63,130 bases of DNA from Acutalibacteraceae bacterium (GCA_045578885.1 JAZNLE010000101.1:1-63130); one strand, 5' to 3'; counted from the stretch's first letter, positions 41,205 through 51,659 are shown. Translations and numbers: made by a program. The notes: a model not told the origin generated them from the sequence alone.

Positions 41205-42587
41205 TTAAATTATCTCTTCCCATTTTCCGTTTTTTGTATTCTTACGCACTTCAACATATTCGTTTAGCATATCACTCCACATCCAAAAATGTATTCCTGA
41301 AGCATTGCTTTCCGTTCTAAATACGTTTTGCTTTCTACCTAATGTTTCAACAGGAGTATTATCTTCATATTTAAGTTTAATATTTTCATCGCCAATAGTT
41401 ATATTATCAGGCTGATACCCTACACCACTTGCAAATGTACCGTTATAAACATCGGGGTTTATTCTGTTATTACCTTGAACATAAGGGTTTTCTTCCTTTT
41501 TGAATGTAGATTTTTTATTAGTATTCCTATCAAAATACGTTACGGTGCCATCACCGTTATCGGTTACCATTACACCGTTATCTTCTAATAAACCTTGATA
41601 ATTCCTACTTAAAAATCCGTTCGTTGAACTTATAATACCTTTCGACTTATTTGGAGCTTCCGGACTTTTCGAACCACCTGTCGTCGTTTCTTTTATAGCC
41701 TTTTTCGCGTTTGTATAAAGAGACTTTACTTCTTTTTTGCTCATACCCGACAATTCAATCAAATCATCACTCGGCATAAATCCCGCGTTAGCATAACCAA
41801 TTACTATCGTTTTATAGTCCGCTGTTGTAGTAGCGCTATTTACAAGATTACATATTCCTTGCAAATAGGTTTTATCCAACCCTGATTTCGCGATAATATC
41901 TTCAGAAGGCATCTTGCCTTGTTCAACACTGTACATTGCCAAAGAACTATAATTTTCTCTTGTGGTAGCACCATCACTTATAGCTTTTAAAGTTTTCACA
42001 TACTCAGGGCTCCAACCCGACATACCAATTTCATAATCGGTAGGCGACTCGCCGTTTGCTATTCTTCCTGTTATAATATTTTGATAAGACAATTGGTCTT
42101 GTGACTGTTTATCAAGACCGTACTGTAATGCGCGGTCGCTGTACGTTTGTTCTATGTTCGCATTCGCCACAGTTCTGTTTTGCTCAATAGTATCAAGTGC
42201 CTGACGGCGAGAAAACTCAAGGCTGTCGATCGAGCTTTGCTTTTGCCTGTCGATAGCCGCTTTATTATTACCGTAAGAAAGCTGTACCGCCGTTTGCTGT
42301 GTTCGGTTAAGTCCCGAATCGCGAAGACCCAAGTTTGCCATACTCTCGGCAACCTGTCGCTCGTTTATAGCCTTTTGAACCGCATTTTCTCGGTATTGGT
42401 TTTCATAAGCTCTTCCTTGTTCAAAAACTTGGGTATCATACCCCTCGTTTGTGCTTTTAACCTGTCCATCATATAAGGTATTAGAATCGGTAAGTGCCTG
42501 TTCTTTTGAGGATGCATAAAACTCCTTACCCTCGGCGGTATAATCGTCAATTGTTTTTGCCTTGCCTTTTTTATTTGTAATCGCCAT
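41205..42587 (-). CDS. Virion protein of unknown function with three about 45-aa internal repeats
   Basis: 460 aa. Repeats run G-x-(M)PS/T-D/E-(D)-I/L-I..SG(L/M)..K.(Y/V) (GESPTDYEIGMSGW / GKMPSEDIIAKSGL / GFMPSDDLIELSGM). The start overlaps the upstream stop. Confidence 0.5.
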   Translation of the reverse strand: MAITNKKGKAKTIDDYTAEGKEFYASSKEQALTDSNTLYDGQVKSTNEGYDTQVFEQGRAYENQYRENAVQKAINERQVAESMANLGLRDSGLNRTQQTAVQLSYGNNKAAIDRQKQSSIDSLEFSRRQALDTIEQNRTVANANIEQTYSDRALQYGLDKQSQDQLSYQNIITGRIANGESPTDYEIGMSGWSPEYVKTLKAISDGATTRENYSSLAMYSVEQGKMPSEDIIAKSGLDKTYLQGICNLVNSATTTADYKTIVIGYANAGFMPSDDLIELSGMSKKEVKSLYTNAKKAIKETTTGGSKSPEAPNKSKGIISSTNGFLSRNYQGLLEDNGVMVTDNGDGTVTYFDRNTNKKSTFKKEENPYVQGNNRINPDVYNGTFASGVGYQPDNITIGDENIKLKYEDNTPVETLGRKQNVFRTESNASGIHFWMWSDMLNEYVEVRKNTKNGKWEEII

Positions 42588-44848
42588 TATCTTGCGCCTC
42601 CTAAAGTTCTGTATTTTAATATTACGCTGTCGACCGCCAATGTGCCCTTGCTTTCAAATTTAAGCCCGAGCCGCAGCACTTGCTTTATACAAGGAAATAC
42701 CGCTCGGCTTGTAATATAGCCTGCGGTATAACTCTGTGTATCTGCGCCGTCGGTAAACGCCTGTTCTTCTTCAGTGCCGTTTTCAGTTATAAGGTGAAGA
42801 TTTATCGCTTCGCCGTCATTATTTCCCAATTGAAGATTTAACTGTTCAATGTTTTTGCGAATATGCGGAAGCCCAAAATCAAAAATCTTTGTTGTGAATG
42901 AAGAAACTATTTCACTTTCCGTTCCCGACAGTTTATCTTTATTCGCTCTTTGGTCAAAGTAAAAGCTCTCCACTTGATATTTATTATCAATAACACTTAT
43001 ATCTAACGCCGTTAGCTTATCTCCAAAAACAGAGAGGCTTTTACCTTTCGGCACTTCCCATAAATACCAAGGTATCTTTATATTGGCATCCTCAGTCTTT
43101 GAATAACTTGCAACGTGGGTATAGCCGTAGCAATTGTAATCCATAAGAAATATATTGTCGCCGAGCAAAAGGCAATAATATCCGTCCCAATCACACGCCG
43201 ATACAGTATCGATAGCACCTATTTCCTGTATCTTGCGCTTAACCATTTCGGAAACGCTGAAAATACTGCGCTCGTTGTATTGGCTCTCGCTTACCAAGGT
43301 GTAAACATTGTTATTGTTACCAAGCCATACAAGACGGTTTCTGCAAAGCTGAATAGTATCAGGATAAGGACAACCTATGCTCGAGTTTACTTGTGTAAGC
43401 GGGAAATAAACGCTCGAAGAAGCATAATCAATGACATTTTGATTTATAAGGTCCTCTGCAGTAATGTTTGTATTTTGTCGATACTCTGTAAACCAAGTTT
43501 CGTATTCTTTAAATATAAAAAGTTTATCCGCTTGTTTGCCAAAGCCTGTTACCGCTCCCGTTTCATTACCCACATAAAAATATGAATTTTCGGGAAAATA
43601 AAGCGGGTTATTAAGACCCGACCACACAACCAAATCGGCATTGTTATTCTTACTGTTACCGCAAAGAAATAACCTCGTACCACCCGAAAGCCCCTCAGAA
43701 CCACCGCCAAACCACTCACATTGTGTCATTTTGAATACTTTATCTTTTTCTTCTTTCCATACATAAGGCGCAATTATAACAATATCGTCTTCACCGCCAT
43801 CGGCAAAAATAACAGGTGCAGTTGGTTTTGCCTTTTCTTCTTCAGTGTCGCTGTTACGCCAATAATCCTCCTCGTCATTCTCGCTGATTGTAGCAACGTT
43901 TTTGTATTTTGTTTTATCTGTCACAAACTTTTCATCCGTATTTTCATCGCAATAATAGAAAGAAATTCGGTTTTTCCAAACCCTCATTAAAAGTTTATCG
44001 TCTTTATTAGGTCCTGCCTCTTCCCAAGTAGTTGTTTTACCTTCTCTTCGTGAATCTTCAGAAATTTCAACTTTATGTTCGCATGGGGTGCCGTTATAAG
44101 TAAATATGGCTTTTACTATTACAGGTTCTTCACCTTTTTCTTTTTCCTCTATTGAAATTTCATACTTATCAACCCTTTTAAGAAGATGATACTGCATTTT
44201 GTGTTTTTGGTCTTCTTCTTTTACGATTTCGGGGTTATAAGAGTTATAACTCATTTCATAATAATCACTTAAAAGATTATATCCCTCAATCATTACTCCG
44301 TTAACTTCACTTGAAGTAGCCTTTGCCGATTTTAATTTTTTGCACTGTATCATTACTTTCGGAATATATGTATTTTCTACCTTTTCCCACTTTGATTTTT
44401 CTGCAGACATGTCAAATTTATATATTGTTTTATTCGAAGTAAAGCAATATAGCTCTTTTGACTTTTGACAAACAAAATAACTTGTAGATTCTTCGGTTAT
44501 TGAAGTTATCGCCGTTACATTGTCGCCATAATTCCAAAAGAAATTTATTTTTCCCGAATATACCACCGAACACAACTGTCCCTCGGCATTATCTGAATAA
44601 TTGTAACAGTTGTGTTGTCTAATTTTTGGCTTTTTATTTGTGCCGCTATCACCAAGAGAGATAGTGTTGCTGTTCTGCAGCATACCTGCGCGGGTTCTCA
44701 AAACTCCGTCAAACCACCACATATTCTTGCAGTCTGTCAGCTGATTATCCAACACTTCGCTTATACCGTCGCGCATATTAAGACCGCCCGCCAAATCGAG
44801 AAGGCTAAGTATTTGCGACGGTTGTTTATTTTTTATAGGCAATCTCAT
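42587..44848 (-). CDS. Large virion structural protein (tail/nozzle candidate), function unassigned
   Basis: 753-aa ORF with RBS AAGGAGG, positioned between the portal/adaptor and the internal proteins. Confidence 0.5.
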   Translation of the reverse strand: MRLPIKNKQPSQILSLLDLAGGLNMRDGISEVLDNQLTDCKNMWWFDGVLRTRAGMLQNSNTISLGDSGTNKKPKIRQHNCYNYSDNAEGQLCSVVYSGKINFFWNYGDNVTAITSITEESTSYFVCQKSKELYCFTSNKTIYKFDMSAEKSKWEKVENTYIPKVMIQCKKLKSAKATSSEVNGVMIEGYNLLSDYYEMSYNSYNPEIVKEEDQKHKMQYHLLKRVDKYEISIEEKEKGEEPVIVKAIFTYNGTPCEHKVEISEDSRREGKTTTWEEAGPNKDDKLLMRVWKNRISFYYCDENTDEKFVTDKTKYKNVATISENDEEDYWRNSDTEEEKAKPTAPVIFADGGEDDIVIIAPYVWKEEKDKVFKMTQCEWFGGGSEGLSGGTRLFLCGNSKNNNADLVVWSGLNNPLYFPENSYFYVGNETGAVTGFGKQADKLFIFKEYETWFTEYRQNTNITAEDLINQNVIDYASSSVYFPLTQVNSSIGCPYPDTIQLCRNRLVWLGNNNNVYTLVSESQYNERSIFSVSEMVKRKIQEIGAIDTVSACDWDGYYCLLLGDNIFLMDYNCYGYTHVASYSKTEDANIKIPWYLWEVPKGKSLSVFGDKLTALDISVIDNKYQVESFYFDQRANKDKLSGTESEIVSSFTTKIFDFGLPHIRKNIEQLNLQLGNNDGEAINLHLITENGTEEEQAFTDGADTQSYTAGYITSRAVFPCIKQVLRLGLKFESKGTLAVDSVILKYRTLGGAR

Positions 44849-44860
44849 TTTAAGACCTCC

Positions 44861-45220
44861 TTAATATTCGGGCACAGGCAAAATGTCCTTATACTCCGTA
44901 ACGCGCGATAATGTCGGTCTACGGTTCTGATACTCTGCAGACCAAAACGCCTGTGCATTATCGTCACCCTCACTATTTGCGATATAACTCGCCACACCGC
45001 AAGCGAAAACATCCGCTGCCTTGTCCGATATTTCAAATTCTTCTGCGAGATTATCAAGCCTCTGCTTTTTAATTCCGCACATACGCGCAATATCGCCGTA
45101 AACCATATTTAGAAGCGGTAAAGACTTCTGTAATATTCTCTGTGTCAACTGCAAATTACCGTTATTCTCGGCATAACCCAAAAGCCCTAAGGCTCTGTTC
45201 ACAATATCATTTCCTGTCAT
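44861..45220 (-). CDS. Small structural protein (head-tail adaptor candidate)
   Basis: 119 aa. It is coupled to the portal stop by an ATGA overlap. No recognisable motif. Confidence 0.4.
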   Translation of the reverse strand: MTGNDIVNRALGLLGYAENNGNLQLTQRILQKSLPLLNMVYGDIARMCGIKKQRLDNLAEEFEISDKAADVFACGVASYIANSEGDDNAQAFWSAEYQNRRPTLSRVTEYKDILPVPEY

Positions 45221-47013
45221 ACGTCCATTACCTCCATAGGTACTTCTTCACTCGCGCGCGGAATTTCCGCTCCCGGTATCTGTTCGCTTGGTACAACACC
45301 GCCTAAAGCTTGCTGCTGTGCTAATAACATCTGCTGTTGTGCTTTCAATTCTTCCCTCGCTTCACGCAAAAGCCCTGTCTTATCAGGGATAATACCGTCA
45401 GGCATACGCTCAAGGTATTGAACCTTTGTAATCATTTGTCTGCCGTATAAAGCATCAAGCACAGAAATTGTCGACGGCAAATTCCAAATCGGGCTTGAGC
45501 CCACATCAATTCTAGCAGTAAGCGTGAGGCTTTCATAACGCGACGGATGGAAAGGAATATAATATACGCCGTCCTGGTCTTCAATTTTAAGTCTGCGGTT
45601 GCCGTAAAGATGCAACCAAAAATCAGACCATGTACGCGCGATATCTTCAATAAGGTCATAAAAGTCATTTTGATGCAACTGTATCGGCTGTAATGAAGCC
45701 TCGCGCATCTGAATAATAGCGGCGGCGTTGTCGGGTTTTATATTACCAAGCGCCGCATCATTAGCGCCGTTATCCGATAATGTATTACCTGCAAGGTCGT
45801 TAAGCATACTCAGAAGTTGATTACTAAAAGCCGGCGGCGAGACATGTCTTATAGCGCCCGCAACATCTTCCGAGGTGCCGTAAACCTTAACAAGCTCACC
45901 TGGGTTGTTGGTAAGCGGTTCGGTAATTGTGTCGCCGTTTATAACCGTAATAGGCATACCTGTTTTCATAAGTGCCCATATTCCCGCACTTGAGGCTCTG
46001 TTGAGAGCGATTTGGTTAGGTATCTGATAAGTAATCTCGCTATCTCCATAAGCCGAGCTTTTACGCTTTTGCCAACACATTTTGGCTATAGGATAAAGTG
46101 TAAGGCCTGTATCCCATGGCTTGCGAACATACGATTTTTCACAAACCTTAACACACATAACTTTATATCCGTCACCCTCTTTGTCCCACTCTTTATAAAA
46201 CTTGGTAAGAACGGTAACGCGCCTGCTGTCTTCGGGCACTTTCTCACCTCTTGTGCCGGCATTCATTTCGTAACTGTCGGCATTATCAGGCTTAATATTT
46301 TCAATATCCTCGGCGCTTATTCGGTATCGGCGCGCCTCTCTGCGCACTTCTTCAAAATTTACCCTCTGCGAGATTATAATAAACGGCTGATTTTGTACGC
46401 TGTCGTTGTTCGGGTCGCCAAAGACTACATTCTCAACATCCAACACTTCAAAAGCAATATCACCCTTAATAGCAGTGGTCTTTTGCTCGTCGGCATAAAG
46501 CCCTGTGTTAATGCGCTCATCCCAATATGTATAAGCTATACCTGTGCCTGAAATATACGCATTACGCAGGATTTTTTCTTTTTTGGCATCAAACTTAACT
46601 CTTTCGGCTGTTGTGCGGAAATAATCCGACAAAGCCGACATTATTATTGATATTTCGGCTTCATCAGTGCCGTCAACAAAGTCTTCGCCTTTCTTTATTA
46701 AGTCGCGGTATTCCTTTACCTGCTCTGAAAAACCGGCATTATCAGGCACACCGTCAGCTGAGTAGTTTACCGCTATCGGCGCCGAAGTAATTGCCGAGAG
46801 CTTATAATCTGCTATACGCTTAATAATATTTCTACGGATAAGCGGTCTTTCATTCCCGCAGTTCGCGCCGTACCATTGGTCACCAACATAAAAGCGTTCG
46901 TTTATTTTAGACTGTTCGAAGATACCTTTATCCCCGATACCCGCTTTATATTCAGTACCGTTTTTATATTCCGAAAAAACCGACTTCGGCTCGGTTGTTA
47001 TTTTCAAATTCAT
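45217..47013 (-). CDS. Portal protein (candidate)
   Basis: About 598 aa. Supported by size, the acidic/Gln-rich C-terminus, the NERFYVGDQW motif near the N-terminus, and position in the morphogenesis block. Confidence 0.55.
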   Translation of the reverse strand: MNLKITTEPKSVFSEYKNGTEYKAGIGDKGIFEQSKINERFYVGDQWYGANCGNERPLIRRNIIKRIADYKLSAITSAPIAVNYSADGVPDNAGFSEQVKEYRDLIKKGEDFVDGTDEAEISIIMSALSDYFRTTAERVKFDAKKEKILRNAYISGTGIAYTYWDERINTGLYADEQKTTAIKGDIAFEVLDVENVVFGDPNNDSVQNQPFIIISQRVNFEEVRREARRYRISAEDIENIKPDNADSYEMNAGTRGEKVPEDSRRVTVLTKFYKEWDKEGDGYKVMCVKVCEKSYVRKPWDTGLTLYPIAKMCWQKRKSSAYGDSEITYQIPNQIALNRASSAGIWALMKTGMPITVINGDTITEPLTNNPGELVKVYGTSEDVAGAIRHVSPPAFSNQLLSMLNDLAGNTLSDNGANDAALGNIKPDNAAAIIQMREASLQPIQLHQNDFYDLIEDIARTWSDFWLHLYGNRRLKIEDQDGVYYIPFHPSRYESLTLTARIDVGSSPIWNLPSTISVLDALYGRQMITKVQYLERMPDGIIPDKTGLLREAREELKAQQQMLLAQQQALGGVVPSEQIPGAEIPRASEEVPMEVMDV

Positions 47014-47206
47014 TATCATTTACCTCTTTTCAAATAAACAATTATAGGGACAGGCGTCCCCGACTGTCCGTTATTCTATTCTCTCCTTCAAAGGTGTTAT
47101 TTGCTCCCAAATAAATGCACTTCGCTCCTTTAAAAGTGTCTTTTACTCCAAAAGTGTCTATATGCGACAATAAAGCCAACCGAAAAATCGATTGGCTTTA
47201 CTTTAA

Positions 47207-47455
47207 TTATTCTTTGATAGATTCCTTAATTTTCGCAAGCTTTTCAGCTTTATTTCCGCAGTCCGAAAGGTCAATACCTTTTTCCTTTGCAAAAGCTTCA
47301 AGCTCTTCGAGCTTCATTTTGTCGAGGTTTATACCTTCGGTCTGGTCGGTTGTAGCGCTCACAACCTTATATCCTAAATCTTCGAGCATTCCCTTTTCAC
47401 GCTCGGTTTCTACAGTTTTCACAATATTGCCGTATTTGTTTTTTAAAGTAAACAT
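47207..47455 (-). CDS. Small head-associated protein with a HeH/SAP-like motif
   Basis: 82 aa. It has LDKMKLEELEAFAKEKGIDLS and RBS AGGAGG. It follows the capsid gene. Confidence 0.45.
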   Translation of the reverse strand: MFTLKNKYGNIVKTVETEREKGMLEDLGYKVVSATTDQTEGINLDKMKLEELEAFAKEKGIDLSDCGNKAEKLAKIKESIKE

Positions 47456-47484
47456 ATTTTACCTCCTATAATATCCGCTCCCTC

Positions 47485-47538
47485 AGGCTCCCTTGTGTAA
47501 AGGGAGCTAGCAAAACCGCAAGGTTTTGACTGAGGGAT
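47485..47538 (+). repeat. Two-hairpin intergenic element, copy A
   Basis: AGGCTCCCTT-gtgta-AAGGGAGCT ag CAAAACC-GCAA-GGTTTTG ac TGAGGGAT. It lies between the capsid stop and the next start. Confidence 0.8.
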
Positions 47539-47545
47539 TGTCAGA

Positions 47546-48439
47546 CTACGCCGAAACTGCCGCTGCAATAAAGTTAAGATTGCTCTTCTTTACCAATACG
47601 TCATAGTAAACGCGGTAATCAAACTTATAAGCATCGGCATCCTGGTTTGTATCAGGTTCAAATACACGGATTTTTTCGCTCTTCTTAACAAGAGAAGCTG
47701 CTTTCTTAGGAAGAATAAGCATACCAATATTCTTAGCCGCATCAGTTGGTTTAAGGCCGCCGTTATCAGCATCATCAGTATATTCAGTCTTCATTCTGTC
47801 AGCTGTTACAGGAATAAGAACAACATCGTTAATCTTTTTAACCTTGAGATTAACTTCACCCTGTTTAAAATCGCTAACAGTAATAAGCTTCTGAATTTCG
47901 CTTGAATTCATAAACGCAGCGTAAACATCGGGGTCTACAAACGCAACAAGTTCGGTATCAAAACCAGCCTTTGCCTGAACGTCGTTTACAATTTCAACAA
48001 ACTGTGCAAAAACTTTCGAGATATCAAGAGTTTTTGTATTTTGCTTTTCGATAGCAATTTTTGCAAGTTTGGATAAAGTATAGGCATCCATTTCAGGAAC
48101 AACCTTTGTGCGAACATATTCGCCCATAATTTGTCCTGCCAAATTAGCAATGCCTGTTTCGTCCATATCTTCGCGGTCAATCTGCAAAGAACGTGCGCGG
48201 TCCTGAGTAAGCTCATAAGAAGTATGAGCAACTGTCATCTTACCTTTTGAGAAACCGTTATCACGGTCATAGTCAGCAAGACCGACAAAATCAATGTCGG
48301 GAATAATTACGGTTTTTGCGCCTACAAATTTAGCGCGAAGAAGGTTATCGGCAAAGAAACCGGTAACCGCCTTTTGTACAATCATTTTGTCAAGTTCACC
48401 CGCGAACTTAGTAGCAAATTCTAAAGTGTTTAAAGCCAT
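47546..48439 (-). CDS. Major capsid protein
   Basis: 297 aa with a strong RBS. It follows the scaffold gene. The N-terminal MALNTLEFATKF... and overall composition resemble podovirus/P22-like coat families. Confidence 0.65.
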   Translation of the reverse strand: MALNTLEFATKFAGELDKMIVQKAVTGFFADNLLRAKFVGAKTVIIPDIDFVGLADYDRDNGFSKGKMTVAHTSYELTQDRARSLQIDREDMDETGIANLAGQIMGEYVRTKVVPEMDAYTLSKLAKIAIEKQNTKTLDISKVFAQFVEIVNDVQAKAGFDTELVAFVDPDVYAAFMNSSEIQKLITVSDFKQGEVNLKVKKINDVVLIPVTADRMKTEYTDDADNGGLKPTDAAKNIGMLILPKKAASLVKKSEKIRVFEPDTNQDADAYKFDYRVYYDVLVKKSNLNFIAAAVSA

Positions 48440-48468
48440 TTTAATTTCTCCTTAAATAAATTTTTGTT

Positions 48469-49269
48469 TTAGTTCCAAAGACCCGCAAGTAAAGCGCTTG
48501 TTTGAGGGTTGCTGTCCTCTTTTTCACTCGCCATACTGCCGGTAGATTTTTTCGCCGCCGCCTCTTGTGAAGCCTTTGCGGCCGCAATTTTCTTGTTTTC
48601 ATTGTGCATATACTTGAGATATGCGTGGGACAACGAAAGTCCGCCGAACGCCGCTCTCTTTACTTCTTCAGGAAGGTCCTTAAACTCGGTAAGCTCGGGG
48701 AAGTCGCCGTTTTTCATTTCGACAAACTCATTCGCCAACCGTTCATTTATGGTCTGTTCTTCCTGTTCAGCTGCAGCCTTGCGGTCTGCCTTTGCGTTAT
48801 CAAGTGTTTTTTGTTTGTTAATGCCGTAAAGTTCCATCATTTTATTGATGGTATCCTCGTCATCACCAAACTTTTCAATAAGACCTTGACGGTATGCCTC
48901 GTCCTGTGCGGTCTCGATACCGCTTAAAAATTCCTTGACAGTCTGCCCTTTAAGTGTTGCAACACGTTCCAAGGTATCGTATGTACTCTGATAGTGAATA
49001 CCTTTCTGTGCAAGCGTTACCGCTTCATCACGCGATAAACCTCTCTTTTCGTGGTTGTACTGAATTTCAAGGAATGGCGCAACTTCCGGGGCGGGATTAT
49101 CTCCGCCGTTATTGTTTCCGTCCTGGTTCTGTGCGGAAGTATTATCATCGTTTTGCTCCGTCTGTGGTGCAGTTTCGGGCGCTACATTTGTTTCTACCTC
49201 CTGTTGTGTCTCCGCTTCTGTTGGTGTGGTATCCAACTCCTGCGCGTTCTGAACGTTATTTTCGTCCAT
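48469..49269 (-). CDS. Scaffolding protein
   Basis: 266 aa. It has an acidic low-complexity N-terminus and a helical body, and lies immediately upstream of the capsid gene. Confidence 0.6.
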   Translation of the reverse strand: MDENNVQNAQELDTTPTEAETQQEVETNVAPETAPQTEQNDDNTSAQNQDGNNNGGDNPAPEVAPFLEIQYNHEKRGLSRDEAVTLAQKGIHYQSTYDTLERVATLKGQTVKEFLSGIETAQDEAYRQGLIEKFGDDEDTINKMMELYGINKQKTLDNAKADRKAAAEQEEQTINERLANEFVEMKNGDFPELTEFKDLPEEVKRAAFGGLSLSHAYLKYMHNENKKIAAAKASQEAAAKKSTGSMASEKEDSNPQTSALLAGLWN

Positions 49270-49414
49270 ATCATTTACTCCTTTTCTGGCTATGGTGAGC
49301 CATTATTTTATTTACAAACAAAAAAGACCGAAACAGGACCGCTCTCGGAATATCATTCTTGCTCCCACTAAAATAAACTCCGCGCTGTCCTTTTCCGCTC
49401 TCTTCTGAAATGTA

Positions 49415-49636
49415 TTAAATTGTGTCTTGTGGATTGCCGTTATAATTCCAAAAGTTTTCTTCGTATCGTCTTTGTTGTTCTACTTGTCTTTGCTGTTCTT
49501 GGGATAACGGTTTTGGTTGTACTTTTGGTCTTTTGGGCTTTTTCTTTCGAGTACCAAGAGAAAACCCTTTACCAAACCAAAAACCGCCCACAAAGGCAAT
49601 AAAACAAAATAAAATACCATTTAAAACTAATTGCAT
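49415..49636 (-). CDS. Small membrane protein with basic/Gln-rich tail
   Basis: One TM (LVLNGILFCFIAFVGGFWFG). It lies between terL and the scaffold gene. Confidence 0.4.
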   Translation of the reverse strand: MQLVLNGILFCFIAFVGGFWFGKGFSLGTRKKKPKRPKVQPKPLSQEQQRQVEQQRRYEENFWNYNGNPQDTI

Positions 49637-49674
49637 ATACATTCACCTCTTCACTCTTAACTATTCACTTGAGG

Positions 49675-51012
49675 TCAACTCCACCCGCCGTTCATATCTT
49701 CAGCTGTAATATTACTTCTATCCACCCGAACTTTTGTCTTTTCTTTTTGCGGATGGAAGAATATAACATCATAAAAAGCATATCTAAAGGCATCCATCAA
49801 GTGATTATCCGTATCAATAGGCTTGTTAATGCCGTTTTCGTTCTTGTCCTTTTGCCAACAGTAAGAGCCAAGCTCTTTTATAGTGTTTTCACAGCGCGGG
49901 TGAACATAGATTTTATACTCCTGAATCTGCGCTATGCCGTTTATAATACTGTCCTTACCTTTAACTGAAGGCAATATCCTGCCAATCCCGAGCCTTCGAA
50001 GGTCTTCGTTCGACTTAGGCTCTGCGCAGTCAGCGCGGATGCGTTCTTTATTGTAGCCTTTTCTCCTTATCATAGCGGCGATATCACTGTTTAGCATCTT
50101 TGTTTCATAATGCTCGTCATAAATAAAGATTTCTTTATCAACCTTGTTTACCGCAAAAGCAATAAAAGCTGTTGGGTCGTTGGTGTAACCATAGTCTAGA
50201 CCGAAGAAAGACTTGTATTTCCAACTATCATCGGTCACAATCTCGCCTTTTTCATCACGCTCGATACCAAGCTCATTTATATTGAACTCAAGCACCTGCC
50301 ATTTTTCGAATACAAGACCTTCGGCAATACCCCATTCACCAAGCCCTGCGACCGTATATTTGCGGTAGTTTTCATTTTTCATACGCTCGAATACGGCGCG
50401 GTCGGTATTGTCTAAAAACTCATTGCACAAATAATTGGTTGAAAATGTGCTCACATTATCGTGTTCGGTATCGAAAAAGCGCTTTTTCAGCCAATGGGTT
50501 TCACTCCAAGGGTTAAAGGTTATGGTTGTTTGCTTAAAAAGACTGTCAGGCACATTACCACGCGGTACCGAAAGGTCAAGCTTATCAAAATCCGCTTCGC
50601 TTTCTATCTCAAAAGCTTCCTCTATCCAAACGAAATTAAGATAACCTTTTGAAACGGTAGTCGAAGCGAGCTTCAGAACATCGTCAAAACCGCGAAAGAG
50701 TATCTTTTGCCCTGTCGGTTTATATGTCATTTCCATAGGACTTACATTGTTTTGCCACAAGTGATTTACTCCAAGCTTCTCCTGAGCCCATTTAAGTTGT
50801 GCAAAGGTACTGTCGCGGTTGGTATTCATAACCCTGCGCACAACAAGTAGATTGCTTTCAGGGTACCGCATAAGCCGATAGATATGATTTAAGGCGGTAG
50901 TAGCTGATTTCTTGCTACCTTTACCGCCCTTTAAAACTCTATATCTTTTTGTATCGCGCCAAAACTCACCGTAACCGCTCCCGATTATGTCGGGCAAATG
51001 CAGTTTCTTCAT
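49675..51012 (-). CDS. Terminase large subunit (PBSX-like family)
   Basis: 445 aa. Walker A-like VLKGGKGSKKS, the FVWIEEA Walker B/coupling motif, and C-terminal nuclease Asp residues. It overlaps the terS stop. Confidence 0.85.
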   Translation of the reverse strand: MKKLHLPDIIGSGYGEFWRDTKRYRVLKGGKGSKKSATTALNHIYRLMRYPESNLLVVRRVMNTNRDSTFAQLKWAQEKLGVNHLWQNNVSPMEMTYKPTGQKILFRGFDDVLKLASTTVSKGYLNFVWIEEAFEIESEADFDKLDLSVPRGNVPDSLFKQTTITFNPWSETHWLKKRFFDTEHDNVSTFSTNYLCNEFLDNTDRAVFERMKNENYRKYTVAGLGEWGIAEGLVFEKWQVLEFNINELGIERDEKGEIVTDDSWKYKSFFGLDYGYTNDPTAFIAFAVNKVDKEIFIYDEHYETKMLNSDIAAMIRRKGYNKERIRADCAEPKSNEDLRRLGIGRILPSVKGKDSIINGIAQIQEYKIYVHPRCENTIKELGSYCWQKDKNENGINKPIDTDNHLMDAFRYAFYDVIFFHPQKEKTKVRVDRSNITAEDMNGGWS

Positions 51013-51386
51013 TTTGGAATATCTTCCTCACCGGTGAAAATCACAACATTGTTGGTATTGACATTTGAATCCTTTTGAATTTTACCCTTAACCTCCAAAA
51101 GCATTCGTATAGCTTCCATATTACCTTGCTCAACCTTCTTGCCAATCTCTTTCCAAGCCTTAGGAATAATACTCGTGGTATAGTGCTCAACAAGACAATT
51201 AACATACCCCATAAACTGCATATCGTTCTGCCAATTATAAAAGGTCGTTCTCGAAATATTGAAATCTTTACACAGTTCAGTTATATTCCTTACGTCGTCA
51301 GGGTCCACAAGCGCCTCTGCCACTTGCCTTTGCTTAGTTTTTAGGTTTGGGTACATTCCTTTTAAAGTGTTCACTTTTGTCAACAT
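51009..51386 (-). CDS. Terminase small subunit (HTH type)
   Basis: 125 aa. The HTH is ITELCKDFNISRTTFYNWQ. It lies directly upstream of terL. Confidence 0.7.
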   Translation of the reverse strand: MLTKVNTLKGMYPNLKTKQRQVAEALVDPDDVRNITELCKDFNISRTTFYNWQNDMQFMGYVNCLVEHYTTSIIPKAWKEIGKKVEQGNMEAIRMLLEVKGKIQKDSNVNTNNVVIFTGEEDIPK

Positions 51387-51411
51387 TTCTCACTCCCTTA
51401 TTATTTAGAGT

Positions 51412-51445
51412 CTCGCGCATGTGCGCACACACGCCTATGCGCGAG
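51412..51445. repeat. GC-rich nested palindrome upstream of terS (pac/cos or regulatory candidate)
   Basis: CTCGCGCAT-GTGCGCAC-acacgcct-ATGCGCGAG in an otherwise AT-rich 345-bp non-coding stretch. Confidence 0.6.
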
Positions 51446-51455
51446 CAATTTCAAT

Positions 51456-51488
51456 AATTCCGAATTACGAATTCCGCATTCCGAATTA
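51456..51488. repeat. Cluster of AATTC-N-GAATT-type repeats (first copy of the 18-mer AATTCCGAATTACGAATT)
   Basis: AATTCCGAATTACGAATTCCGCATTCCGAATTA. The 18-mer recurs exactly at 51716-51733. Confidence 0.7.
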
Positions 51489-51659
51489 TCTTTCTCCACC
51501 TACCCGCCTCACCGGTTTCTCCTTTGCCGGCACAAAATAAAAAATCAGACAGTTCGGTACCTTTAAACCGCTTGCCTGATTTTTTACAATATCATTTTAT
51601 CACAAAACAAATGCCAAATGTTCCGCTCTTTTTCCGCTTTTACATCATTTCCATCTGCA

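Noticed and set aside
44845-45090. 81-aa minus-strand ORF overlapping 44861..45220 in another frame
   Set aside because: The 119-aa frame is coupled to the portal stop and is followed by a strong RBS for the next gene. The alternative frame has neither feature.
47115-47471. Plus-strand 118-aa ORF across the capsid-portal gap
   Set aside because: It lies opposite the RBS-supported 47207..47455 gene and has no RBS. It is a shadow frame.
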